Shown here in pieces: positions 1 to 12,500 of a stretch of DNA of 57,279 nucleotides. This DNA comes from Octopus sinensis. Lineage: Eukaryota. The notes below the pieces were generated by a model. The model had not been told where the DNA came from. It ran no database searches and saw only the letters and a program-made list of their open reading frames with translations. Positions within the stretch are counted from its first letter, which is position 1, and each line of letters starts with the position of its first letter. The DNA is taken from the NCBI RefSeq assembly GCF_006345805.1, contig NW_021833625.1, forward strand, positions 1-57,279. Reading direction: 5' to 3'. The translations under genes were made by a program, and so were the position numbers.

Positions 1-47
1 CATACGACTGGTTTCCCAAGCATTTTCCGCCTATAAATCACTCAGAA

Positions 48-260
48 GGCAGCGAGCTGGCATAATCGTTAGCACGCCGGGCGAAATTTTTAGCGATATT
101 TCGTCTGCCGCTACGTTCTGAGTTCAAATTCCACCGAGGTCAACTTTGCTTTTCATCCTTCGGGGTCGATTAATAAGTACCAGTTACGCACTGTGGTCGA
201 TGCAATCGTCTTACCCCTCCCTGCAAATTTCAGGCTTTGTGCCTATAATAGAAAAGTAAT
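48..260 (+). mobile_element. tRNA-headed SINE (family C here), nested in a minus-strand family A SINE
   Basis: Head gagctggcataatcgttagc...gagttcaaattcc (B-box-like) and core ctttgcttttcatccttcggggtcgat...aagtaccag, shared with many copies. Flanked by near-identical aaatcactcagaa (35-47) and aaattcactcagaa (261-274), a probable TSD. Confidence 0.8.
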
Positions 261-395
261 AAATTCACTCAGAAAGCATTGTTGGGAGACCCAAGGCTAT
301 AGAAGACACTTAGAAGGAACCACAAAGTGGAATTGAACCTGAACCACGTGGGTTGCAAAGGGAGCTTCTTAATCGCAACAGCCATGCCGGCGCCT
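261..395 (-). mobile_element. Family A SINE 5' part (continues at 1-47), split by the family C insertion
   Basis: Reverse complement matches the degenerate family A head (ggctgttgcg...ggttcaattccact...aagtgtcttctatagccttggg). Confidence 0.6.
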
Positions 396-714
396 ACGTA
401 CAGCCAAGCCTGCTTTCGTTTTACATGGTATTACTTTTTTGTTTCAGACTTTTTCACATCTTTCACTATCTTTTTTTATGGCGGCCATATCGGAAGTTAT
501 AGGCAATGTGATTTGTTCAGAGATCAGTTTTAGTAAAGATCTGTGGTGAAGCTGTAATAAAATACAGTCATTTGTGTTTGTTGTTGTTTAACTTAAAGTC
601 CGCCTTGATAGATCAAGACTATCAATAAAGGCTTTCCAACCGTGACCAGGTCAATTTCTATTTATGATATTTGGTAATTAATAAACTTATGTTTATTATA
701 GTACTTGTATTCTT

Positions 715-1285
715 TTCTACTCTTTACACAAGGCCCGAAATTTTTGGGGAGGGGACACGTCGATTACATCGACCCCAGTAATCACTGGTACTTAATTTAT
801 CTATCCCTGAAAGGATGAAAGGCAAAGTCAACATCGGCGGAATTTGAACTCAGAACATAAAGACAGACGAAATACCTATTTCTTTACTGCCCACAATGGG
901 CTACACACACAGAAGGGTACAAACAAGCAGACAAACGGATTAGGTCAATTATATCGACCCCATGCGTAACTAGTATTTATTTAATCGACACCCAAAGGGA
1001 AAGGCAAAGTTGACCTCGGTGGAATTGAACTCAGAACTAGCGGCAGACGAATACCTATTTTCTTATTACCCACAAGGGCTAAACACAGAGAGATAAACAA
1101 GGACAGACAAACGGATAAATCGATTATATCGACTCCAGTGCGTAACTGGAACTTAATTTATCGACCCCGAAAGGATGGAAGGCAAAGTCGACCTCGGCGG
1201 AATTTGAACTCAGAACCTAACGGCAGACGAAGTACGGCAACGCATTTCGCCCGACGTACTAACGTTTCTGCCAGCTCCCTGCCTT
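715..1285 (-). mobile_element. Tandem trimer of family C SINE units
   Basis: Three successive copies of ggatg/ggaaaggcaaagt(c/t)gacctcggcggaatt(t)gaactcagaac. Only the rightmost unit has the full head. Units are joined at gacgaa(a)tacc|tattt. Confidence 0.85.
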
Positions 1286-1299
1286 TTTACAGTGCTTAT

Positions 1300-1500
1300 A
1301 TTGTTTTCAAACTTTGGCACCAGACCAGGGATCATCGGAGCCAAGTCGATTACATCGACCACTGAGCTCAACTGGTACTTATTTTATCGACCCTGAAAGA
1401 ATGAAAGGCACAGTCGATCTCGACGGAATTTGAACTCAGAACGTAAAGACGGATTAAATGCAGGCAAGCATTTTCTCCGGCCGTGCCAGCGGTTCTGCTG
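1300..1500 (-). mobile_element. Family C SINE, diverged
   Basis: gtcgattacatcgacc...ctggtacttattttatcgaccctgaaagaatgaaaggcacagtcgatctcgacggaatttgaactcagaac. Confidence 0.75.
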
Positions 1501-1564
1501 ATTCAATCAAAATAACTTATGCCGTTTCCTTCTTACTCAGTTTTGCCAGCCAGCCAGACCGCCA

Positions 1565-1851
1565 GCTAGCTATCTTGTCCGCCCATTATTTCTGGGAAGG
1601 TCGTGGGTGGATAGTCTTCAGACACCTCCTCAGGATCTGATCAAAAACAGGTGTTGTATGGTGAGCGAGAGCAAGGGAGATGTCCTCCGTGCGAGCTAGG
1701 CAAGCGCAAGAGAGGAAGAGTGGGGAGAAGGAGGACGGGGGAAAAAGGAGGGAGAGACTATAGCTTATCAATTGAACACGATTGGCATGAACAATTTCCT
1801 TCTCATGCTCGCAAAGAGAAATATGCTCACAGATATAAACAGATAGGATGG

Positions 1852-1893
<42 letters not shown>

Positions 1894-2235
1894 CGGAGGG
1901 ACGTAGAAATGCAGCTAAAGGAAGGAGAGAGGGAGTGATGGAAAAGAAGAGGGAAAGAGTTTGAGAGACATTACAAATATTTGATTGAACGGCAGTGAGA
2001 GAAGCTCTTTCTCTCAACTCATAAACAAAGAGACATACAAACACGCAGGCACAGATGGAGTGTCGTTCAATGCTCGAAATTAGGAGCAGATAGACAGCCG
2101 ACAACCGACGAAGTGTCGTTCTTCGTGCTACTTGCCCTGTTTTCCATTGTTTCTATCATTGTTTGCGTATTGAACTCATTGCTTTCGTATTTCATGTTGT
2201 TTACTGTTTGGTGACGTCCTGTACCCATATATGCA
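1565..2235. repeat. Unclassified GC-richer interspersed element with internal (GA)n
   Basis: Compositionally distinct block ending gtgacgtcctgtacccatatatgc. Shares a ~90 bp motif (1746-1836) with 23958-24050. Confidence 0.4.
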
Positions 2236-2262
2236 TGTGTATGTATGCATATATATAGGTTA

Positions 2263-2334
<72 letters not shown>

Positions 2335-2517
2335 TGTGTATGTGTTATATAAGTGTGTGTGCATATATATATATGTATGTATATGGTTTTGTCTCGATTA
2401 TATAGATATATTATATATATATATATTATATATATAATAATATAATTCGAGACAAAACCACTATTTTAACCCTAAATCTGATTTTTTCCCTGTAATTTGG
2501 ATTCATTCCCTAATATT

Positions 2518-2571
<54 letters not shown>

Positions 2572-2668
2572 CATGTATATATGTGTGTGTATGTGTGTGT
2601 GTATGCATATATTTACATATATTATTTTAATTATAATTCGATTGAACGCCACGCATCCATTTCCACGT

Positions 2669-2807
2669 ATATTAGCAAAGTGCCTATTTATTCTGTCGGT
2701 TACAGAGTCGTGTTAACAACGCAAATGTCGTTGGTTCGACCCCCATGATGGCATGGTATATTTCATAAGCGCAAGCTCACTTTGCTGATACATTGTGTTG
2801 GCTTTAT
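2669..2807 (+). mobile_element. Short tRNA-derived SINE-like element, copy 1 (tRNA-Ile-like head 2681-2753)
   Basis: 73-nt head colinear with eukaryotic tRNA-Ile(AAU) (ggtta...tcgtg tt aac aa cgcaa atgtc gttgg ttcgacc). Stems are poorly paired. Near-identical copy at 4804-4974. Confidence 0.65.
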
Positions 2808-2823
2808 AGATGTATGTGTGTGT

Positions 2824-2854
<31 letters not shown>

Positions 2855-3442
2855 ATATATATATACGTAGAGTGAGAGAAAGAGAAAGATACACACACAC
2901 ACACATAGAAACAGTCAGAGAGATAAACAAAGAGAAAAAAACATTATAACGCCTGAAGATCAGCATCGAAACTGAGATGCCAGTTAAGCGGCAAGAAAAC
3001 TGCTGTGGCAAAACGTCTCAAAACTAACGCTACAAGTCTCATAGATTTTCTGAAATTCTGCCAGGATCATGCCACTGGTCGTCTTGCATTGACTAAGCTA
3101 TCAAAAAGCAAAAGTGTAGCGCTAAACCATCATTATAATAGGGATAATGTGACTTTAGCGTAAGATGTATTTACGCGGTTAGACGACATGTTTTTATGTT
3201 TTACGTCAAAAGAATTTAAGTTTATTATTTATAGATTCGTTGTGAGTATATTATTATATAAAGTTATAAATACGATTTCATAGCCATAATATGTCTCGCG
3301 CACACGTAGACACGCATGTATATATATGTACATATGTGTGTGTGTGAGAATGTTTGTATGTATGTGTGTGTATATCTATACCTATATCTCTATCTATCTA
3401 TCTATATATATATATGTTCACACACACGTATACATGTGCATG

Positions 3443-3484
<42 letters not shown>

Positions 3485-4283
3485 ATATACATATATATAC
3501 ATATATATATACATATATACATATATATGCTAACACATAAACATGTGTATGTATGTACGTAAATATCTTTCTCTCTCTCAGTCTGTCTGTCTGTCTCTCT
3601 GTATATATATATATATATATATATAAATAATATATAATATATATATATATATTAAGATACACCCACAACACATATGTATATAAAATTATATTATGGTGAC
3701 GAAATCGTATTTTTAACTTTACACAAGAATATAATGTAAAATAACATATTTTATATATGTAAACACAGACACACATTCATATATATATCTATGCATTTAT
3801 GTACGTATATAAATGTGTATACATACGCAAACATATTTTTATACACTACAAATAATATTTCACATCTATGATATAAAAGTTATTATATATTATACGATTT
3901 TTTTTATATCTCGAATAAAAGATATCAAATGCTATATAGTATAAAAGTTATTAGGTAATTTTACTGTGTAAAAGAGATAAGGTGATATAATGTGCGAATA
4001 ACACATATTAGCTAAAAAATAGTACAATCGCTAATACACGGCTGTATGGCACAAAGGATATTATAATGATATGATATAAGAAAGATATTTCATGGTTTTA
4101 TGTGGTATAAAATGTACATATACAATAGCTGGTTTTACAGCGTTGTCTACCATCGGAGTTTCTTCCTTACACAATAAATGTTCTTTATTTTCTCTCGGTA
4201 TTTGTTTATGTGTCTGTATGTGTGTGTGTACATATATGTATGTATATGTATAAATTTATTATATATAGGTATACATATGTATA

Positions 4284-4323
<40 letters not shown>

Positions 4324-4803
4324 CATTTGTATATGTATATATATATATATACACGTAAATATATATATATATATATATGTATATATGCATATATATATAT
4401 GTGTGTATATATCTATGTATATGTATACATATGTATACACATGTATATATGCATATATATATGTGTGTGTGTGTGTGTGTGAATCTATATGTTTATGTAT
4501 ACATATATATATGTAGATATATATATATATATATCCTTATACACACAAACGCACATACACACGCATACACACACACACACACCACACACACCACATATAT
4601 ATATATGTGTGTGTATGTGTGTATACATGTGTATACCTGTATGAATGAATGGGCCAATAACTATAAGATCATCTGCTCATATCATACATATCGTACATAT
4701 AGACACATGCGCAGACATGTTTGTTGTATGGAAGAATTTTTCTTTCAACCGTGTTACGTTGAAAGACCGCCATTTCCCATTAGCGATTATTTTTATAGCT
4801 GTT

Positions 4804-4969
4804 TATTAGCAAGGTGCCTATTTACTCTGTCGGTTACAGAGTCGTGTTAACAACGCAAATGTCGTTGGTTCGACCCCCATGATGGCATGGTATCTCTTAT
4901 TATAATATTTCATAAACGCAAGCATAGCTCTACAGAGAAAAAGCTCACTTCGCTGATACATTGTGTTGG

Positions 4970-4974
<5 letters not shown>
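4804..4974 (+). mobile_element. Short tRNA-derived SINE-like element, copy 2 (head 4815-4887)
   Basis: Head differs from copy 1 at one position. Tail is longer and ends ttgtgttggcttta followed by (TA)n. Confidence 0.65.
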
Positions 4975-5009
<35 letters not shown>

Positions 5010-5077
5010 GCACACGCAAACACACGTATATGTATGTATACACGCACACACACACACATATATATATATACATACAT

Positions 5078-5449
5078 ACATTAGTTTCAAGGTTTATCCA
5101 AGGCTGGGACCAGGGGCCATACACCCCCTGTCCAATTCAGGATCATAGCGTATAGGTACACTGCAACATAATTTCTTTTCTTCAACAGGCCCTGCCCTGT
5201 TTAACATTGTCTTGAAAGAGATCAAAGAGGAAAAAGATCCCATCACCTTTAAACGGAGTCAGGACAGATTTCTTCAAGGAGTACCGGATAAGCCATCCAT
5301 AATTGGATACAACTCATCCAACAAGAACTCACTACTTTAATGGACCATAAAAAAACTTTACTTAAACAGGATTTAGATAATCCTATCAGATGGTGCTATT
5401 AAGTTAGACATGGCCTGGACCAATCTTTGGTCGAAACATATCTAAGTTT
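5078..5449 (+). mobile_element. 5'-truncated CR1/L2-group LINE 3' end (ORF2 C-terminus plus 3' UTR)
   Basis: Reads ISFKVYPRLGPGAIHPLSNSGS*RIGTLQHNFFSSTGPALFNIVLKEIKEEKDPITFKRSQDRFLQGVPDKP...NKNSLL. GPxLFN / FKxxLDxFL / PDxP is typical of the CR1-type ORF2 C-terminus. Tail is ggtgc...catggcc-stemloop-gaaaca. Second copy at 29190-29392. Confidence 0.75.
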
Positions 5450-5843
5450 ATATATATATATATATATATGTAAACGTATGGCCCGTGGTCCCAGCCTTGG
5501 ATGAACCTTGAAACTAATGTTATATATATATATAAAGGTGAGTGAACACATAGAGAGGTGTGCCAGGAATCTTAATCCCAACTTCCAAATATTTCCCTTT
5601 TACCAATGTTCACAGAACTCCACTTTGCAACAAAGGTTGAATAAAGAGGCATTTTTCATCAATAAATTTCTCCCCCAACTAAATATGAACACACAATTCA
5701 ATTTTCGTTGATTTTTCATATTTTACCCTTACATTTCCACGTGTATTTTATATTTTCTTTTTATAACATATTTCTACAATGTATATATATGTGTGTGTGT
5801 GTGGGTGTGTGTGAGTTATATATATATATATATAAATACCTAC

Positions 5844-5888
<45 letters not shown>

Positions 5889-5934
5889 TATATATATATA
5901 TATATACAATATATATATATATATATATATATTA

Positions 5935-5971
<37 letters not shown>

Positions 5972-6233
5972 GTTACCACCGTACATGTCTCTACGAGAGA
6001 TTTAGAAATGTAGTATTTCTGATATATATATATATATATATATTTATATATGTATATATGTATATGTTATATATCTATATTATATATATATATTACATGT
6101 ATATATAAATATATATATAATATATATATATATATCTATATATAATATATATATATATATATATAATATATATATATATATATTATAATATATATATATA
6201 TCTAATGAAGGCTCATCAAGGCTCATGGCCAAT

Positions 6234-6562
6234 GAAGGCGCATAGCTCAGCGGTTAGAGTGTCGGGCTCACAATCAAGAGTTAGTAAGTTCGATTCCTGC
6301 ACCGAACCGTGTGTTGTGCTCTTGAGCAAGACACTTTATTTCACATTGCTGCAGTTCACTCAACTGTAGAAATGAGTTGCGATATCACTGGTGCCAAGCT
6401 GTATCAGTCAATGCCTCCCCTTTGGATGACATCGGTGGCATGAAGAGGGGAGACTGGTATGCATGGGTGACTGCTGGTCTTCCACAAACAACCTAGCCCG
6501 CACTTGTGCCTAGAAGGGTAACTTCATAAGTGCAATGCCTTGGTCTTTCCTGATTGAAGGGG
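6234..6562 (+). mobile_element. tRNA-headed SINE with CORE-like body (family G)
   Basis: A/B boxes (tagctcagcgg; gttcgattcc), then cttgagcaagacactttatttcacattgct...ctgtagaaatgag resembling the CORE domain. Homologous to 41030-41342. Confidence 0.75.
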
Positions 6563-8124
6563 TAGGTCTTTCCCCTTTACCATTTATTTATATGTATGTA
6601 TGTGTGTGTGAATTCGTATGTTATGTATGTATGCATGCAATTGGTGTTGATTCGTTTGACCAAAGCCTTGAAGGCACTGCCTCAGCATGTCTACTCTCCA
6701 AGGAATTAAGCAAAATATAAGAGATAGAAAATGTATAGCTTCTTTTATTTTTATTATAGAGTAATAACTTTCGTAGTGTCATTTACGTTCCGAAACTTTC
6801 TGGGTTTCATCCTGTCAATGAAAAACATGACGATGTGGCATTCTTGTCGCGTTTTGTAATAAACAGTAACTATCACGGGAATAAGGTTATAACAATAAAA
6901 CAATTATCACCGGATAATCGTCTTATTGTTACAATAATTAGTTGTTCGGTGAAGAAGTTCACTTCGAAACATGTGTGGTTTCGAGTCTGATTCTGAAGCG
7001 TAATATCTTATATAATTGTCTTCGACATGTAGCCTCGAGCTAACCAGTGCGTTCTGAGTGAAATTTGGACATTGGAAAAAATGTTGTTCGTTTGTTTCTA
7101 GTATGTATGCATGTATATGTGCATGCTCGTATGCATGTATGTATGTATATAGATATATATATATATATATATAATATATCTATATATATATATGTATACA
7201 TGCATATGTATACGCATGCATATATGCGTGCGTGTATGCATTTATGCATGTATGTAAAAGTAACTGTAGGGAAAGCACGTTAGACAGATCAATATATAAA
7301 ATATATTAAATACCGAAAATGTTTATATGATTATATATAAAAATATCCAAATTATACTGAAATAAATGATAAAGAGGATTAAAGGGGATGGGGTACAGTA
7401 TTACAAATCCAACAACTGTTTCTGGAGGCTCGGTGATGCATAATAATGTTTGTAGATAGATTCCATCGTAGGATGAGACGGGTCCTCCGTCTTCAGGGGA
7501 GAGATCTTACATTTGAGGTGTTAAAGGAAACTAGTTAAAAGATGCACGTGTGTATGTATATATATGTTTTGAGTGGATAAAGTGTTGGACAGCACCGAAC
7601 CCAATTTTCAGCGCAATAAAGCAGTCGAATGGATGACTAGAAACCAACTACATTTCAGGTTCTTTTTTTTATACAAGTTTACTTTCTCCTTGAAAGAAGT
7701 TCTGAAGAGAACGAAGAGCCCTTCACTCTCAGTGGTTTACATGCTAGTTAACCAATAGCTGCGACCCTAACAAGTGCCACAACTGCGGGTCGGAGTAGAC
7801 CGGGGAGCAACAGTGGCTGGCTATGAGGCATTTCTGCTTTCCTTAGAGCCATGGAACCTCCGTACCAGGGCCTACGACTGGATGCAGTTTAAAGTCATAA
7901 TGAGTACAGGTTCTTGCACTCTCGAGCCATTTGCACAGATTTACTGCGTTCTTACTCTGTTCTAAATGTTCTTATTCGATCTCGAGCTCATTTCCACGAT
8001 GTATGTATGTATGTATGTATGTAAGTATGTATGTATGTATTTATGTATGTATGATGTATGTATGTATGTTTATATCTGCGTGCATGCGTGTGTGTGTGTG
8101 TATGTATGTATATGTGTATATGTG

Positions 8125-8172
<48 letters not shown>

Positions 8173-8754
8173 ACTGTACATAGTTATATCTGTATACATA
8201 TGTGTGTGTGTGGTGTACGTACGTCTCTGTCTTTTCTACACAGAATTGGTTAGGCTCTCACCAGCTTCCCTCAGACATTCCAAACTTAATTGTCTTTCCT
8301 CCTCCTATCACCTTCGTTACGCCCAATCACCAGCACCCCCGTACACGCAGTCATTCCCTCTCAGAGCCTTACCTCTCGAGTATTTCATCCCTGTTCATGT
8401 ACTCCCTGTAAGTGCTGACCTATAACCAATGAAGAGTAAAAGAAAGTTCTGAAACGACCTGCGAGGGACTAAGAGTAATCCATACCATTCTAGATTATAT
8501 TAAACGACATTTTGTTCTATATTTTTCCTCAAAGTGGTAATATTTAGCTTCTTGTATATTCGACTGTTATACCTAACTTAATAAACGATCGTGTAGAGTA
8601 ATGTTCAAATGCTTTAGGGGTCCACGCAAGGAAAATACTAAAATGGAGATCGACAATAATATGTTAGGTGTCTACGAAAACATTTTTCTGTAGATGCACT
8701 TCTTACAAGAATTAGCTCGGATCCTTTCTCTAACATATGTCAGCTACACAAACG

Positions 8755-8918
8755 TATGTGTTTACATCCCCGTAGCTTACCGGCTCGGCAAGAGAGACCG
8801 ATAGGATAAGAACTGGGCTGACAAAAGAAGTCCTGGGGTTGATTAGTTCAACTAAAGTCAGTGCTCCAGCATGGCCGCAGTCAAATGACTGAGACTGGTG
8901 AAAGTGTAAAAGAGTAAT
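8755..8918 (+). mobile_element. Family A SINE 3' half
   Basis: gtgtttacatccccgtagctta...gtgctccagcatggccgcagtcaaatgactgag. Confidence 0.75.
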
Positions 8919-8929
8919 ATACATATACA

Positions 8930-8931
8930 TA

Positions 8932-8984
<53 letters not shown>

Positions 8985-9290
8985 TTTATATATATATGTA
9001 TGTATGTGTGTGTGTATATATATATATGTGTGTATGTATGTATTTATGTATGTATATCAGGAGGTATTCACAGATACACATTCACACATATGCATTCATA
9101 TATACATGCATACATGCATACATACATACATACGTTCGTACGTACGTACATACATACATACATACATACATACATACATACATACATACATACATACATA
9201 CATACATACATACATACGTACGTACGTACATACGTACATACATACATACATACATATGTACATACATACATACATATATACTTACATCCA
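8930..9290. repeat. Compound microsatellite (CA)n/(TA)n/(TATG)n/(TACA)n
   Basis: Directly visible tandem repeats. Confidence 0.95.
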
Positions 9291-9596
9291 AACATAAGTA
9301 GTATGCAAAGTTGACAGGGAGAAATTAAGCAGGTAAAACAAAAGTGGGCGTGGTCAAAAGGCTTCGGCGTAAAGAAAGGGAAACGGGAAGTAGATTGCGT
9401 TAATTGGTTGTACGTTTCATACATAACATGAGTGTGTGTTGTGTGTGCGCTCGCGCATTTATTTGTATGTGTATGTGTGTGTGTATATATAAGCACGTGT
9501 CCCGTGTCCTTTTCCCTATTTGATAGATAACATGCGCTTGCACCAGCTGTGTCGAAGGAAAAACAGAACGTATATCCATGCACGCACGCACGCATA

Positions 9597-9639
<43 letters not shown>

Positions 9640-9892
9640 AGACAGAGGTAAATATATACATACATTTATACGTATAATTTATATAATAAAATATAGCATC
9701 ATATTTATATATACATATGTATGCACACACACACACACATTCACATTAATATATGTATATGTCTGTGTATGTATGTGCACATATGTATGTGTATGTATAT
9801 ATACACAATTGTGTGTATGTACATATATATATATGTGTGTATGTGTATGTACACATAAATATATATGTATCTATGTGTCTATATATATGTGT

Positions 9893-9957
<65 letters not shown>

Positions 9958-10183
9958 TGTGTGTGTGTTTGTGTATGTATATATATATATGTATGTAAAT
10001 ATATATATATATGTATATATACTGTGTTTATTCCTCTGTCTCTCGTAATGTAATTGTTCATATTAGTCACTACTAACTTAACCTAACCTTAGCAGTGTCG
10101 ATACCTACGAATAATTAGCTTCATAAGACCTGTGTTCTCCCAAGTTTAGACTGTGGTATCGAGGTATGAGTGCACATATATAT

Positions 10184-10560
10184 ATGGCCCAGTGGTTAAT
10201 GCAGCGGACTCCTCGCGGTCTTAGGATCGCGGCTTTCGATTCCCAGATCGGGCGTTGTGAGTGTTTATGAAGCGAAAACACCTAAAGCTCAACCAGATTC
10301 CGCCAGTGGGGGGGGGGGGTGAAACCTGCTGTACTCTTTCACCACAACTTTCTCTCACTCTTTCTTGTTGTTGTTTTTTTTGCCTCTGTATTTCAAAGGT
10401 CCAGCCTTTTCACACTCTGTCACGCTGAATCTCCCCGAGAACTACACTAAGGGTACACGTGTCTGTGGAGTTCTCAGCCAATTGCACGTTAATTTCACGA
10501 GCAGGCTGTTCCGTTGATCGGATCAACTGGAACACTTGTCATCGTAACCGACGGAGTGCC
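10184..10560 (+). mobile_element. tRNA-headed SINE family B (~380 bp)
   Basis: tggcccagtggtta (A box), ggctttcgattccc (B box), 3' end gtaaccgacggagtgcc. Homologous to five other copies. Confidence 0.85.
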
Positions 10561-10902
10561 ATTAATCCATATATATATATGTGTATATATAAGCATTCAT
10601 TTAGCTTGTACAAATTCATGATTGTATGACCATGTTCGATTGATTTAGGGATGTAAGGCTACACACACACACACACACACACTCACGCATACTCATACAA
10701 ATACACACACACTCTCTCTCTCAAACACAAGCACACATATTCATACATATTAACACATACTCACATACATGTAACTTTATGATCTATGATCTTCTTGTCA
10801 TTGGACAGCGGTAAAAAAGCATGTGTGAGAATGTCTGTGTGTGTATGTATATCTATACACCGCCCACGCACACAGACCTATCTGTATATAATATATATAT
10901 AT

Positions 10903-10944
<42 letters not shown>

Positions 10945-11098
10945 TATATATATATTTAATGTAACATGCATTCATACATGCATACATTTATATATATATA
11001 TGTAAAATCGAAAATAAAAAATAACATATGGAATGTATTAGGTTGACGCTCAGTGTAAGATATATACTACGTACATACAGACATATATACACATATAC

Positions 11099-11143
<45 letters not shown>

Positions 11144-11506
11144 TGTGTACTTACATATTTATATACATATGAAAACCTAAACATGTAGCTATATTATACT
11201 GTGTATATATGTGTACATGTATACTCCCGTTAATGTACATAATTAGACATCCCTATATATACTTACCTGAATATACAAATATATAAAAATATATATGTAT
11301 ATATATATATACATACATGCATATATGTATATACACACACACACATATGTATGCATGCATTTATGTCATTGTTCAAGAGAGAAAGAGCTGGTTTCTAACC
11401 TAGATTCAGTATTCCTTCATTGGAATTTTGACATCAACAACAGTGTATTTTTGTATGTACGTATGTATATATGTATGTATGCATATATGTATATATATTA
11501 TATATA

Positions 11507-11581
<75 letters not shown>

Positions 11582-12271
11582 ATGTGTGTGTGTGTGCGTG
11601 CACATTTGTATGCATTGCTTTGTGTATATATTCTCATGCATATAGTTGCATATCTAGACATGCTCACATATATCTAAATGATAAACATCTGGAAAGTTGT
11701 ACAGATTTTTACATTTCCAGGATGTTTGTATGTATGTGTGTGTGTGTGTGTATGTCTGCATTTATGTCTGCATGTGTGTGTATTATATTGTGTATATATA
11801 TATGTATATATAAAACTTTGGAATGGATGCGTGGCGTTCGATCATATAATAATATAAATAATATATAAATATATATATATATGCATACTTATATGTACAT
11901 ATCTACATATATATGTATATATATACATCCATATATGGGTACAGGTCGTCAAAAAACGTGAACAACATGAAAAATGAGAACATAAAAAACAAAAGCATGG
12001 AAAACGTACATTTTGTTCGAACGACGAAAGAATCAAATAGAGAAACGAGACAAGCAACATAAAGTAGAACCCCTTCATCAGTTATCCCCTGTTTTATCTA
12101 CTCCTCATTTCGAATACGTTTGTGTATATGTGTGTATGTCTTTGTGTTTAAAGATTATATTTCTAATGCGGATTGTCTTTTAGATAGTATATAGATGGTG
12201 TTATGTCGATTTAATGGGTGAGGAAATATTTATAGTCGCATTTACACCAGTATTTGTATATATATGTAATG

Positions 12272-12352
<81 letters not shown>

Positions 12353-12386
12353 CATACATACATACATACATAATATATAATATATA

Positions 12387-12500
12387 ATTTACAAGAAAGG
12401 CAGAAGAAAATTCCAATGCGAAATATGCCGAAACAAAAAATTGTTTTTTGTTTCGGCATATTTCGCATTGGAATTTTTCTTCTGCCCTTATCTTGTAAAT
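12387..12500. repeat. Near-perfect 114-bp palindrome (foldback element)
   Basis: atttacaagaaaggcagaagaaaattccaatgcgaaatatgccgaaacaaaaaa / ttg / ttttttgtttcggcatatttcgcattggaatttttcttctgcccttatcttgtaaat. Confidence 0.9.

Noticed and set aside
2950-2985. CTGAAGA...CGAAAC hammerhead-like spacing
   Set aside because: No NUH site or stem I/III pairing follows GAAAC.
12060-12095. CTGATGAAGGG on the minus strand (a weaker motif also near 38550-38575)
   Set aside because: No properly placed stem II and GAAA.
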